Source: a virus
Taxonomy: Duplodnaviria; Caudoviricetes
IMG/VR virus record: IMGVR_UViG_3300035522_000179
Span: 1-64,000 of that record
Length of the DNA stretch: 64,000 bases
Direction: 5' to 3' (one strand)
Under the pieces are notes generated by a model. The model was not told the DNA's origin, did no database searches, and saw nothing but the letters and a program-made list of their open reading frames with translations. Numbering within the stretch: the stretch's first letter is position 1; each line of letters opens with the position of its first letter. This document shows positions 47,602 to 58,922 of the stretch, piece by piece. A program made the translations under genes and the position numbers.

Positions 47602-49749
47602 ATGGAAGATCGAGTTAGTTTTATTGAAGGAGTAACCAAATACGACCCCGAAATAAACGTGGTTGGGAAAGAAGTAATGGATGAAAGAGTTGCCGTGGTA
47701 TTTGATCAGATTGCAGAAATTCTGCAAAAATCTTTGGGACCTATGGGCGCTCATACCATTATTTCTCAGTCCCCTTTTTATCATGTGACGAAAGATGGAT
47801 TTACCATCATGAAGAACTTAAGATACAATTCTGAGTATGGTTATGTGGACCAGGTGATTGCAGGAATGATCTCAGACATCTGTGGAAGATTAAACTTCGC
47901 AGTAGGAGATGGCACAACTTCTGCAGTTGTTGCATCCAACCATATGTATCAGGTTTTCTTAAGTAATAACGAAGAACTGACACAGAAGTTCTTCTTGCCT
48001 AGAAATATTATCAATCGTATGAAAGAACTTACGAATGATATCATAGAGGATTTAAGTTCCAATGCAACCGATATCAAGTCTCTTCCGGTTGATGAGATGT
48101 GTAACGCAATAAGAGACGTTGTATACATCTCTTCCAATGCGGATAAGGAAATGACCGATATTATTGTGAACTTATACAAAGAACTGGAATATCCAGCAAT
48201 CAATGTGGTAAAATCCGCAGATGGAGTTACCAGAGGAAAAGTGATTGATGGATTTATGTTTCCTGCAAAGCTTATGGATAAGCTTTATGTAAATAACGAT
48301 AACAAAACGCAGGAAGGAACGGATTACGACATTCTGATCTTTGATCACAAGGTGGGATTACCGGCTTATAATTATATCTTAAAGCCCCTCTCCCATATGT
48401 CGAAAACAAGAGGTCGTAAGCTTATTTGTTTGGCTCCGAACTACGATGAAGTAGCATTACAAGGAGATATCCAAAATGCTTTGAATGCAGAGTATCGGGC
48501 AACCAGAGATATTTCTTTGGTTCTTATGGGATATAAAGCAACGACATCGAACGACAGAGCCAGAGTTACGGATTTGGCAATGCTTTGCAATACCCAAGTA
48601 ATCACGAAATCCATGGAGAATGAACTTTGTGCAAAAGTAGAGAAGATCCTCATGAATCCGGATAATAACGGCGTAATAGCAGATTGTGATTTCCCTTTCA
48701 ATATGGATTTTCGAAATATCGAAGGAATTAAAATTGTTCTTCCATTGGATCATGTTACAGTGACCTATACGGAGGAAGAGTTTGGCACGATGTTCTATAG
48801 TGACGCTTCTCGTACAGAAGAAGATATCTATTTGAGAGTCGGATTTGTTGGTGAGGTATCTCTGGCATTGGACGGAGAATCCACCTTCAACAAATTCTAT
48901 TATGATCAAATCATTTACGATAGATATTTAAAAGATGCAGAGATGCAGCTTGAACTCGTAACAGAGAAATACAAGAGACTTGCTACTTTTAACTTCGAGA
49001 TTGATGAAGCAAGAAAGAGACTTCTTGGGTTGAAACTGAAGATGGGTCAGATCGAAGTCGGTGCAACCTCTGAGTTTTCTCAGGAGTTTTTAAGAGATGC
49101 TATGGATGATGCCGTACTTGCGGCACAGTCTGCTTATTCCAATGGAATTATCCTTGGTGGACACATCAGCCTATTGAGATCGATTCGGAACCTGATGAAG
49201 AAATCTACAAATGAATCGGATAAGTTTTTATTGGAGTGCTTCTTTGAAGCGTTCTGTCATGTTCGATTCTCTGTACTTGGAAATGGTTTCGACAATAAAG
49301 TCATTAGCATAAATAATCTTTTGAAGGAATATCGAAAGGAAGACAAGTATAAAGATGCACCGTCAGATACAAGGATTATCTCCGATGAGTTCTTCAATAT
49401 TTTACAAAAGTACTCAGGAGTTGAAATCACTACAAAAGATGAAAATTCGTATGCGAAAATGTTTACTTTTATACACTGTCTTTTGAGTGAACTTCATATC
49501 GATAACTCAGATAAATATAAAGATATCACCTTGTTTGATTTAATCGTTGAATTTGAGATTTACATGGGTCTTGTGTTAAATTTGGATATGAATCAGTCCA
49601 GCACCAAGCCAGTAATCTATTTCGACGATAAAGTGGTAAATAGTCTTGCAACGGATCGAGAGATTTTAATTGCTTCTTCTGACCTTGTTGGTTTGCTTAC
49701 CACAGGAAATCAGTTGGTAATTTCTAGATCAAACACCGCAAGATATTAA
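47602..49749 (+). CDS. groEL: GroEL-like chaperonin
   Basis: SLGPMG, VTKDGFTIMK, VGDGTTSA, DDAVLAAQSAYSNGIILGG; late motif at 47560-47572. Confidence 0.9.
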   Translation: MEDRVSFIEGVTKYDPEINVVGKEVMDERVAVVFDQIAEILQKSLGPMGAHTIISQSPFYHVTKDGFTIMKNLRYNSEYGYVDQVIAGMISDICGRLNFAVGDGTTSAVVASNHMYQVFLSNNEELTQKFFLPRNIINRMKELTNDIIEDLSSNATDIKSLPVDEMCNAIRDVVYISSNADKEMTDIIVNLYKELEYPAINVVKSADGVTRGKVIDGFMFPAKLMDKLYVNNDNKTQEGTDYDILIFDHKVGLPAYNYILKPLSHMSKTRGRKLICLAPNYDEVALQGDIQNALNAEYRATRDISLVLMGYKATTSNDRARVTDLAMLCNTQVITKSMENELCAKVEKILMNPDNNGVIADCDFPFNMDFRNIEGIKIVLPLDHVTVTYTEEEFGTMFYSDASRTEEDIYLRVGFVGEVSLALDGESTFNKFYYDQIIYDRYLKDAEMQLELVTEKYKRLATFNFEIDEARKRLLGLKLKMGQIEVGATSEFSQEFLRDAMDDAVLAAQSAYSNGIILGGHISLLRSIRNLMKKSTNESDKFLLECFFEAFCHVRFSVLGNGFDNKVISINNLLKEYRKEDKYKDAPSDTRIISDEFFNILQKYSGVEITTKDENSYAKMFTFIHCLLSELHIDNSDKYKDITLFDLIVEFEIYMGLVLNLDMNQSSTKPVIYFDDKVVNSLATDREILIASSDLVGLLTTGNQLVISRSNTARY

Positions 49750-49767
49750 AAGAAAGGAAATGGTTTT

Positions 49768-50586
49768 ATGGCAAATGGTGCTGTTTACCAAACCTTAAGC
49801 GAATTTTTTTATAATCCCTTTGGAGTAGATGCTTCCAAAGAAATTCAGAAGTTATCTCCTAAGTATGAAAAGAGTAAAGCGAGGATTGAACTCCATGGAT
49901 ATGCTATCCTGGATGATTCGTATTATTTTCATATTTGGATCCCTTCCGATTCACAACCGGGGAAGAAATACGATGTGGTAATTCAGTTTCTTCCCCCGAA
50001 GGGGATTGAAATTGAATCGACCCTGGATCATTATGTGATTCAGTTCTTTTCCAATTCACCGAGTTTTATTTATAAATATGCAGTTCTTTACAAAGAAAAA
50101 GGATATATGATTGACGCACTACAGTCAAAATTAGATCCTGAGTATGCAGGTAAAGCTCCGGTGGTTTCCAATGCGCAATTAGCGTTAAGCATTGATAAAT
50201 CGATTTATTTTGCCGTAAGATTTCTTTACGAGAATCGACTTACGTATTTATCAAAACCTTCTCTTCGATATGTCACGAAGTTTGACTTTAGGTTCTTGGT
50301 TTCATCCATTGATGATAACAAAACTTCCTTAGGACGAACCGCGTATGATATTGAGAAGGAAGCAATCAAAGAAGGAAAAAGCGATAGAGATAAAATCACA
50401 AAGAAAGTAAAAAAGGCGTTAGGAATCAAAACGCCAGAAGATGACAACAGAGGAATTGGTAAAAAATCCAAAAAAACCGCTGTAACATCTACCATTACTG
50501 GTGGACGAAAAAGTCCAATTCAATCAAAGAAACAACCCATCGGTAAGAATAAAAAGATTACCGCTGGGAGAAGGACTGGAAAATAG
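49768..50586 (+). CDS. Hypothetical protein with basic tail
   Basis: IPSDS...YDVVIQF...FFSNSPSFIYKYA; lies between the chaperonin and sigma-like genes. Confidence 0.7.
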   Translation: MANGAVYQTLSEFFYNPFGVDASKEIQKLSPKYEKSKARIELHGYAILDDSYYFHIWIPSDSQPGKKYDVVIQFLPPKGIEIESTLDHYVIQFFSNSPSFIYKYAVLYKEKGYMIDALQSKLDPEYAGKAPVVSNAQLALSIDKSIYFAVRFLYENRLTYLSKPSLRYVTKFDFRFLVSSIDDNKTSLGRTAYDIEKEAIKEGKSDRDKITKKVKKALGIKTPEDDNRGIGKKSKKTAVTSTITGGRKSPIQSKKQPIGKNKKITAGRRTGK

Positions 50587-50654
50587 GATTTTTGATTTTT
50601 ATCAATATACTATTCCTTTGAGTATATCAAAATAGAAGAAAGGAAAGTATCGAA

Positions 50655-53353
50655 ATGGGAAGACGCAAGAAAAGCGAAAGCGAATTGATGTCAGAAGGTG
50701 ATAAACCTTTTATTGATAGGTCTACCTTAAAGGCACCTATTAATGAGTGGGTCGAAACCGCTTCAGAGCGATATTTGATACCAGACACCTCTCAGTGCTT
50801 TATCTTATTTGATAAAGCATTAGGAATGCCTATCCTCGAAAAATATAGGCAGTTTTCAGTAAAGAAAGATTCGTATTCCAATCAGTTACCTATTATTTGT
50901 CGCTACATTAATTTCTTTATTCATGAATACGACAAAGAACAAGAACTGATCAATGCTTATTTGAATCTGAAGTTCTCTGTAGATAATCCAGACGGAGATA
51001 TTTACTTTAGTGGAAACTCAGATGAAGCAATTAATGCATTCTATCACTATGTGTATGATGTGATGTTTACGGATTCCATGGTGAAAAAGATTCATCAATT
51101 AGTGGAAGACAACTATCTGGATGATATCGAACAAGGAGATGGGTCGAAGAAGTACGTAACAAAAGAGAAAAAACATTTGGAATCTTTGGAGTTTACCAAC
51201 GAGCATATTAAAACCTTATTAAAGATCAGTTTTGGAATTAAGATGCTTACTCCAATCATCTTCCATTACTATTCCAAGAATGGTGTTATAATCAACAAAG
51301 AAACACCGTACTTGTTTCGTGCTTATAGACCTTTGTTCGACATCTTCAGTGATACTTGTAATATGTACAACAAGTTATTCGTGTACGTGGACAATCGTTT
51401 TAGCGTACATTAAACCTCTTTAACTGCGGGAAACTTACATCAACTGATGTACGCCTATTAAATTATAGGTGCCGGTTAGTTCTTTACTACTAAACTATTA
51501 TAGCAATATAATAGTGGCAATGGGTAACTCCAAAGGTATAGTAAAAAGGTAAAGAATACGGACAATCCGCAACCAAGCATACTTGATTGATATAATTTAT
51601 TCTTATTTATATAAATAGGAGATGATATTTATATGAATAAAAAAAGCATGAGCTTAAAAGATAGATTAAAGCAAATTGGTGTATATGATGATTGGGTTCC
51701 TATATCTTACAAAGGATTAGAAACTACTTATGTTTGTAATGAAAATGGGGATATAGCAAATACCAAACGTAAAGGAAATGCATATGAACATTCTGTATTT
51801 AAAATATTAAAACCTATAAAAATGCCGAATGAATATTATGTTGTTACTTTATCAATAAACGGCAAAACATATCGAGAATATGTTCACAGAATTATAGCTA
51901 TGGCATTTTTGGAAATACCAGAAAAATATGCATCTCTGAACTTAACTGTAGAAATGCTTGAGGTAAATCATAAGGATGGAAACAAAGGAAACAATGCTCT
52001 TTATAATCTAGAATGGTCTACGGGTACCGATAATAAAAAGCACGCATACCAAACTGGATTAAGCAAAGTTGGAGAAGATAATTCACTCTCTTTGTATACA
52101 AATGATCAAGTACATAAAGTTTGTCATCTATTAGAAGAAAACAAATTGAAACCATCGACAAACTCAAAAAGAATAAATAAGAAATTATATCAAGCAAGTA
52201 TGAAGGCTCAACGACTAGGGAAAGCTAGACAACCGCACTGATAGAAATATCGAAATAGAACTTTATAGTTTTAGGTGGTTTGATACGCGAGTAGGTCCAA
52301 TCATAGGACGAAATGTAGGTGAGGTAAAAATACCAAAAATCCGAAATGGGAGGCTCTAATATATTTGGTAATAGAATATATTGGAAGAAGATATAGTCTG
52401 GCGGCTATGGAGACATAGAAGATGAGAGTAAAACGAAAGTCATGGAGAATAAAAGCAACAATGATAGGATTTATCAGCAAAGAGAGATCCTTGGAGTTGA
52501 TGAATTTTCTGTTATCCATAAATTTATAAGAGTTGTTTTGATTAGTGAAAATATCGTCAAGTTTAAGTTTAATGAAAATTGGGATGCTTCGCAAAAGAAA
52601 TACAAAGAAAACGTGACCGGGTTTATCAAGACCATAATTAAATATCAACTTATGTATTTCATTAAGGAGCAACACAGCAAAGGATTTACTGAACTTACTT
52701 ATGCAAGAAATGCAGATGGATTATCCGGAATAGATAAGATGGAAATGCAACAGGAGAAACTGGATGAAGGTGCGATTATTATTGCACATGAATCTGTAGA
52801 GAGTGAAGTAGACAGACTCTTGAAAGAGTATGATATTCATATTTCAGAGGAAGAGCTCACCTACTACATTCAGAATTTCCATATCCAACCTATCCATCAG
52901 GAACTGATCATGAATCTGTTTGCATCAAACCTTGGATCTTTCAGAAATACCTTAGGTGTAAGTCGAGTAGATTTTATTAAACTTGCTTTGTTATTGAAGA
53001 AAAGAATCTTAAAAGATTCTGGATTTGACGATACCTCTGTTTTCACAAACAGAGTTGCACTTCCTTACATATTGACAGGAAACGTAAAGGAGAAAATCAA
53101 TACAAGATTAATTCGTAATGCAAAGTTTAAAGAAGACTGTGAAGATAGTTATATCATCAGTGATCTTTTGAATAACCAGTATCGATATCTGGAGGAGATT
53201 GATCCTGACAGAATTATGACAATTCTTTCTACCATCAACAATACGGTCTTTACTTATTGCTGTTACGAAAATCAAGAAATCTTTGGAAAAGAAATCAACG
53301 TGGAGAAGAATTCTATTACTGATGAACTGGGATTCTTCTTACGAACGATGTGA
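50655..53353 (+). CDS. Intron-split gene (exons 50655-51388 and 52429-53353, about 552 aa); probable non-virion RNAP promoter-specificity subunit (AR9 gp226/phiKZ gp68-like)
   Basis: Splicing restores the frame (LFVYV-KTKVMENK); size and position two genes from the chaperonin match AR9 gp228/gp226 as recalled; early motif upstream. Confidence 0.55.
51389..52428 (+). ncRNA. Group I self-splicing intron
   Basis: P1 gtgtacgt/gcgtacat with U-G splice pair; P10 tcgtttta/taaaacga; P aactgcgggaaa, Q aatccgcaac, R caacgacta, S aagatatagtct; terminal G at 52428. Confidence 0.92.
51633..52241 (+). CDS. Intron-encoded HNH homing endonuclease (NUMOD4-HNH type)
   Basis: YVHRIIAMAF...EVNHKDGNKGNNALYNLEWST..DNKKHA. 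Confidence 0.88.
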   Translation: MNKKSMSLKDRLKQIGVYDDWVPISYKGLETTYVCNENGDIANTKRKGNAYEHSVFKILKPIKMPNEYYVVTLSINGKTYREYVHRIIAMAFLEIPEKYASLNLTVEMLEVNHKDGNKGNNALYNLEWSTGTDNKKHAYQTGLSKVGEDNSLSLYTNDQVHKVCHLLEENKLKPSTNSKRINKKLYQASMKAQRLGKARQPH

Positions 53354-53458
53354 ATAATCAATCTACATAGACTATGAATTATATGGTCTATGTAGATTAT
53401 TTTTCAAAAAGTTATCAAAACTTTATATTAAAAATAAAAGGAAAGGATAATTTAAATC

Positions 53459-54598
53459 ATGAAAAACACTAAAGATATTTTCTCGAATAATAATTATGGT
53501 TATGCTATATATAATGAATTAGAAGAAATGGAAACGGCTTCAAAGTTCACTGGGAAAATGGCATACACCGGCTTTTTGTATTTGGTTTTAGGGTTTTTCT
53601 GTTATTTATATTACATTCACATCACAGAGATGGTGATTCCTATCTTCATTACGATAATCATTACATCCCTTTCTATGATAGCGGCTTCTCAATTATCGTA
53701 TATCATAGGAATCAAATCATCCATTAAAAAACTATCAAAACTAGAGAAGTTAAGAGTACGATCCAATGAAAACTTTGATATGATGTCTGGTTGGGATATC
53801 ATCTGTAAAGAGGTCTATGGATACAAAGCTTTGACAACGTACATACTTTTCTATATCATTCCTTTAGTGATTATGTGTATTTTACGTGTTCATACATTTG
53901 ACCTTGGAATAAATCTTGGGATTTATTTAGGTCAGATTGTAGCTGGAGTTTTCATCTACTATGCACTAGAGGATTATATCAAGTTAAACAAAGTAAAATT
54001 TACCAGAAGAGTATTCTTTCGGAGTGCTGCAGAATCCTCTTTGACAAATGTACGAGATGTCAATTTATCCGTTGTGGTAAACAGTAGAAGATATATCGGT
54101 CTTAATAATAAACTGATGTACAATCTTCCAAATGATTTATCCACGTTTAAAGAAAGAACCACGAACTCGATTGTGATTATGGGAAGAAAAACCTATGAGT
54201 CTTTAAATAAAAAGGCGTTATCCAATCGGATCAATATTATCATCAGTTCCAATTCGGATCTTTATATGGACAATGACAGATGCATTTGTGTAAGAGCAAG
54301 ATCGGCAGAGGGAGCACTTGCAATGGCAAGAGCTTATATCTTTGAATCGAAGGTAATTCTGAAAGAAGACGTGTACAATGATATTTGGGTAATTGGAGGT
54401 TTACAAACCTTTCAATCCTTTATGCCTTTTGTAGATAAGATCTATGAAAGAGTTGTGATAAACAGCAATATTGGAGATACCCAATGGTTTTTCGATACTA
54501 CAGATTTTGAATTATCACATACGAGTGAAACATCGAAAGATGGAAAGGGAATCGTTATGTATGACACATTCGAAAATTTATATGTTAGAAGGGATTAA
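53459..54598 (+). CDS. Multi-TM domain fused to dihydrofolate reductase
   Basis: Four hydrophobic helices, then YIGLNNKL..NLPNDL..FKERT, IMGRKTYESL, LSNRINIIIS, IWVIGG. Confidence 0.8.
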   Translation: MKNTKDIFSNNNYGYAIYNELEEMETASKFTGKMAYTGFLYLVLGFFCYLYYIHITEMVIPIFITIIITSLSMIAASQLSYIIGIKSSIKKLSKLEKLRVRSNENFDMMSGWDIICKEVYGYKALTTYILFYIIPLVIMCILRVHTFDLGINLGIYLGQIVAGVFIYYALEDYIKLNKVKFTRRVFFRSAAESSLTNVRDVNLSVVVNSRRYIGLNNKLMYNLPNDLSTFKERTTNSIVIMGRKTYESLNKKALSNRINIIISSNSDLYMDNDRCICVRARSAEGALAMARAYIFESKVILKEDVYNDIWVIGGLQTFQSFMPFVDKIYERVVINSNIGDTQWFFDTTDFELSHTSETSKDGKGIVMYDTFENLYVRRD

Positions 54599-54600
54599 AA

Positions 54601-55257
54601 ATGGGAGAAAATGAAAAGAATGATTCTTCTTCAAGATTAATTCAGCCATTTACGTTACGGGAGTTTATTGAGTATATGAGAGATCATGATTATCCGTTTC
54701 TTACTCATAACTCCTATGCGCTGGAATTTTTGATATTTTCAGATGATATGATTCATCCAAATGAAAATCATTCGCCAACGATTATGTTAGGATTACCTTC
54801 CTGTGAAAATGTAGCGAAGGAAATCATTCATATCGCAATGAATCATGATGAAGAATTGATCAAAAACACAATGGAGTCTTATCAATACAAGAGTTATTTG
54901 GATTTTCTTGTGGAAAACTATGAGGTTATTTATATCAATCATTGGCAAGCAAAAACAGCTCTCACCGTATCCGATGAGCAAGCATATGTTCTTAAGATTT
55001 TAAACCTTTTGGGGTATGTAACAGATCAATCTCTTGAATCACAGAGAATTGTTATACGAAACGCGTTAGATGCGTGTATCAACGACGGGACTGCTACTGT
55101 TTATAAAGGATGTGCATTCGTCGATTATGATTTATGCAATGATGCGTTACAAAAAGAAATCAGGGACTCAGGAATCCCTGAAGAAGAACTTCATGATTAT
55201 TTCTATCGAAACATCAGTGGAGAATTGTTTAAGATTAAGAAACCAATACAGACATAG
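54601..55257 (+). CDS. Hypothetical protein
   Basis: 218-aa ORF coupled to the DHFR gene. Confidence 0.7.
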   Translation: MGENEKNDSSSRLIQPFTLREFIEYMRDHDYPFLTHNSYALEFLIFSDDMIHPNENHSPTIMLGLPSCENVAKEIIHIAMNHDEELIKNTMESYQYKSYLDFLVENYEVIYINHWQAKTALTVSDEQAYVLKILNLLGYVTDQSLESQRIVIRNALDACINDGTATVYKGCAFVDYDLCNDALQKEIRDSGIPEEELHDYFYRNISGELFKIKKPIQT

Positions 55258-55327
55258 TTTCTGTATTGGTTTCTTATTTTATGTTCATTTTGACAATTTT
55301 ATAAGACGATGAAAGTGAGAAGTAATC

Positions 55328-56377
55328 ATGACAAATAAAGATATCAAAATCAAGTTTATTAATCGTCTTATGGCTAGGGACGAATGGACGAAGAAACAAA
55401 GTGATACGGAATATGTAACCAGGTGCCCGTATTGTGGAGATAGTTCTGATCCCTCTCACGGACACTTTTACATTAACGTGAACTTGGAAGACAATTCAAA
55501 TATTGTCTATAACTGTTTTAAATGCCCAGCAGGAGGAGTTCTTACCAATGATACTCTAGTAAGACTGGGAATTGATGATATAGAGTTAAAGTCAGATATT
55601 CTGCTTTTGAATAAGACCGCGGATGTTCCTGACAAAAAACAAATTGGTGGAGAACTCATTAATATCTTTGAGTATCATCCACCTAAAATTACTTTAGGTC
55701 CGAAAACGGATTACATTAAAAACCGGCTTGGTTATGACTTTCGTATGGAGGATTATCAAAAGTTAAAAGTCATTACATCCTTTGCAGACTTCGTAGAAGA
55801 AAACCACATTAAAAAATTAATGTGCTCACGAGAAATTGCAAGGATGCTTGATGCTTACTACGTGGGATTTTTAAGTTATGGGAATTCGCATATTCTGTTT
55901 CGTGATGTTACTGACAAGATGAAATTATCTTGGGTGAAGTATCCAATCACTGAGAAATCACGGGATAACAGAATCTTTTATTCCATATCTTCTCAAATTG
56001 ATCCCTATACCGAAGGACTCATAACCATAAACCTATGCGAAGGGGTGATAGATGCAGCTTCTATTTATTACAATCTTGGTTACTGTAATGAGAACACGAT
56101 TACGATTGCAGTAACAGGAAAATATTATGAACCCATTGTGAGATATTTGATTGGACTGGGATTATTTGGGTCAAATGTGGAATTGAATATCTTCGCAGAC
56201 AACGATGCAAAGTTCAATAAGAAGAACAAAGCAAAAGATACAAATCTAGAATTTTACAAAAAGATATTTAAGAATATCAAGTTCTTGTTTAAGAATGTCA
56301 GAGTTTATTACAATATCTTGCGAAAAGACTGTGGATATCCGAAAGAATTTATATCTTTGGTAGACTATAAATTATAG
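55328..56377 (+). CDS. DNA primase (Zn finger plus TOPRIM)
   Basis: RCPYCGDS...HFY...YNCFKC; LCEGVIDA; FADND. Confidence 0.85.
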   Translation: MTNKDIKIKFINRLMARDEWTKKQSDTEYVTRCPYCGDSSDPSHGHFYINVNLEDNSNIVYNCFKCPAGGVLTNDTLVRLGIDDIELKSDILLLNKTADVPDKKQIGGELINIFEYHPPKITLGPKTDYIKNRLGYDFRMEDYQKLKVITSFADFVEENHIKKLMCSREIARMLDAYYVGFLSYGNSHILFRDVTDKMKLSWVKYPITEKSRDNRIFYSISSQIDPYTEGLITINLCEGVIDAASIYYNLGYCNENTITIAVTGKYYEPIVRYLIGLGLFGSNVELNIFADNDAKFNKKNKAKDTNLEFYKKIFKNIKFLFKNVRVYYNILRKDCGYPKEFISLVDYKL

Positions 56378-56392
56378 AAAGGAAAAACGATT

Positions 56393-57178
56393 ATGAAAAG
56401 AATTATTACAACTGATTTTAGAGTAGGAAACTCAGTGTTATTTTTATGGAATCACAGACCTTATCTGGGAACTGTAATGATGATTCAAAAAGATGAATAT
56501 ATCATACAACTTACGTATCGGTTCCAGATTTATATAACAGATCCAGAAGGACTTCCTAGATTAAAAGAAAGAGGGCAGAATCTTTCTGGAGATCCTGTTG
56601 ATGTTATCTGGTATTATATCCCGAAAGAACTCTGTATTCATACAGGGGAGATTTGCGACTTCTCGAATCAGCCGTCGTTCTTTTCTTCGTATTTCTTACA
56701 GAATAAATATGATAGTATTGAAGAGGCGTATACCTATCTTCCGAAGTATAGTTTGGAACACCATTTACCGACTTCTTTCCCTTGGAGAAGAATCCCGATT
56801 GATGAGTTGATCATTGAGATGAGTAGTGGGAAATCCTTCTTCTACCGGTCGGATTCGACTTATGCAAAGAACGGAGAAATCTTAGAAGCAGAAGATGGAG
56901 AAATCGGAAAGCCCATGTGGAAGAACTACATTGTTCCGAGAGACGTGGTAAACAACAAAGAGCTGGTTCCGTATACGGAAGACAACATAAAGAAGATTTA
57001 CCGAATCGGGACCAGAGTTCCGGGAATGACTGTATGGGATATGTTCCGACTTGGGAAATGTGATTTGATTTATGATATAGAGCACCAGCCACAGAAGAAT
57101 AGTAAAGTCTATGGTTTAAAGACTGATACAGTGATTTGTGATGAGATGATCTTTGACAAATCTGATTTAAAAGTTTAA
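56393..57178 (+). CDS. Hypothetical protein
   Basis: 261-aa ORF with RBS. Confidence 0.7.
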   Translation: MKRIITTDFRVGNSVLFLWNHRPYLGTVMMIQKDEYIIQLTYRFQIYITDPEGLPRLKERGQNLSGDPVDVIWYYIPKELCIHTGEICDFSNQPSFFSSYFLQNKYDSIEEAYTYLPKYSLEHHLPTSFPWRRIPIDELIIEMSSGKSFFYRSDSTYAKNGEILEAEDGEIGKPMWKNYIVPRDVVNNKELVPYTEDNIKKIYRIGTRVPGMTVWDMFRLGKCDLIYDIEHQPQKNSKVYGLKTDTVICDEMIFDKSDLKV

Positions 57179-57353
57179 ATAAGAGAGGATTCAACCAAAT
57201 CGGTTGAATCCTCTTTTTTATTTTTTAGGGTTATTTGAAGGTTTTATATTCCTTCGATAACCTTTTGATGCAGGAAACACTTCTGAAAAATCTACTTGAA
57301 CTGCTCCCTTTCTTTTCGCAACATCACTCATCGTTTCTTTTTTGTTATCTTTA

Positions 57354-58841
57354 TCACTCATCTACTTCACCTGCGATTTCATCATCCTCATTAGATAACA
57401 TCTCTTGTACTTTGCCTCTTATGGAATCTCCGGAAATAGTAACGGATGCAGTTGTTTCAGAGATTTGTTCTTCCTCATCCGAATCCTCTTCTAAATCTTC
57501 TTCATCTTCGAATTCAATCTCAACATCAGATTCATCCACTTCTTCTAGACTTTCTACAAGGTCATCATCAATTTCCTCTTCTTCTTTATCTACATTCGGC
57601 TCTTCACCGTTCTGCATTCTTTCATAAAGCATGAAGACTTCTTCGTAAGAATGAGCGTGCTTTGTATTCCATCCAGCTTCATCCAGCTCTTTTAACATTA
57701 ACAACTCTTCATCAATGATCTGTTGAAGAACTTTTTCCGGGTCATCCCCTTCTGCCAATGCTTTGTAAGAGTCATCATAGTAGCTTCCGAGCTCTCTCTT
57801 GATGTTTTCTCTGGCAGCTTCTTTTTTCTTAGCATTCATTTCCTCTTCTGCTTTGATTCTTTCCGGATGATACTTGTAGTTGGTATTGTGTTCTTTAAAG
57901 TATTCATGATTTACCGGATTATCAAAGTAGGAATAGAAGATTCGCATCTGTTTTAATACAGCGTTCTTCGTATCCTCCGTTGCTTCTCCCATCACGACAT
58001 CATTCAGAGCAGAAATAATTGCAGTAATATATCCAACTTCTCTGTCAGAACTTAAATCACAGAAACCGATGAATCTTACAACATAGAACAAAAAGAGATT
58101 ATTATAAGGAAGATAATCTTCCGGAAGAAGTGTCTCCTCCAGATTGTAAAACATGTAATGAACTGCGTACTTGCATCCGAGTTTATTCAGAGCATTGTAG
58201 TATTTATTCATTACATAGCTTCCTTTTTCTTTTGTAAAGTAAGATTCCTTTACGGATTTTACTTCACTCTTGGGGTGATTGATTAGTCTCTTTGTTAAGA
58301 AGGTAAGATCTTCTGTTTCTCTCAGAGTATCATATTGCTTCTGAAGTCTGGCATTCTCCAAAGGATCCGTGGTTTCCGAAATCCTTTGCAGAAGATCTTC
58401 ATGAATGTATTTTGCTTTGGCTGCTTTATACTCTGGAGATTTTAACTTCTTAACATAAGCATCAAACAACTCACCGCGATTCTGCTTCAGTTCTTCCAAG
58501 CTGTCTTTTGTTTCATCATAGGAAATAACGCTTTCCTTAATGGAATGAATTCTCTTTACGCAGAAATCAAAGAAAGGTGTTGATGTATCTCCTAATTTGT
58601 AATACTCTTCTTTGAATGCATTCTCATTGCAATCTCCTTTTTTCAGGAGGTCTTTAATAGAAATAAGATCCAAAGCATCAATCTGAGTATCTGACATATT
58701 TGCAACAATACGTGCAAATTTCTGGGTTATCCCAAATTCTCCGAGTGCTTCTTCCACACTCTTTTGATAATCCTCTACGGTGCTTTCATAAATTTCTAAA
58801 AGCTTGTCAAGTTCCTTTGTAGCATCCATAATCTCACTCAT
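57354..58841 (-). CDS. Hypothetical late protein with acidic C-terminus
   Basis: 495-aa ORF; CACA-N6-TAA upstream. Confidence 0.75.
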   Translation of the reverse strand: MSEIMDATKELDKLLEIYESTVEDYQKSVEEALGEFGITQKFARIVANMSDTQIDALDLISIKDLLKKGDCNENAFKEEYYKLGDTSTPFFDFCVKRIHSIKESVISYDETKDSLEELKQNRGELFDAYVKKLKSPEYKAAKAKYIHEDLLQRISETTDPLENARLQKQYDTLRETEDLTFLTKRLINHPKSEVKSVKESYFTKEKGSYVMNKYYNALNKLGCKYAVHYMFYNLEETLLPEDYLPYNNLFLFYVVRFIGFCDLSSDREVGYITAIISALNDVVMGEATEDTKNAVLKQMRIFYSYFDNPVNHEYFKEHNTNYKYHPERIKAEEEMNAKKKEAARENIKRELGSYYDDSYKALAEGDDPEKVLQQIIDEELLMLKELDEAGWNTKHAHSYEEVFMLYERMQNGEEPNVDKEEEEIDDDLVESLEEVDESDVEIEFEDEEDLEEDSDEEEQISETTASVTISGDSIRGKVQEMLSNEDDEIAGEVDE

Positions 58842-58922
58842 ATGTTTCGTTCCCTTTCTTTTAAAAAATTACTATATTGTGCCTATCTAAATAATTATTT
58901 ATCACAATCATAACATATTTGT

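Noticed and set aside
50655-53353. Two separate genes, or a pseudogene disrupted by an HNH gene
   Set aside because: A complete group I intron core and frame-restoring splice sites explain the interruption.
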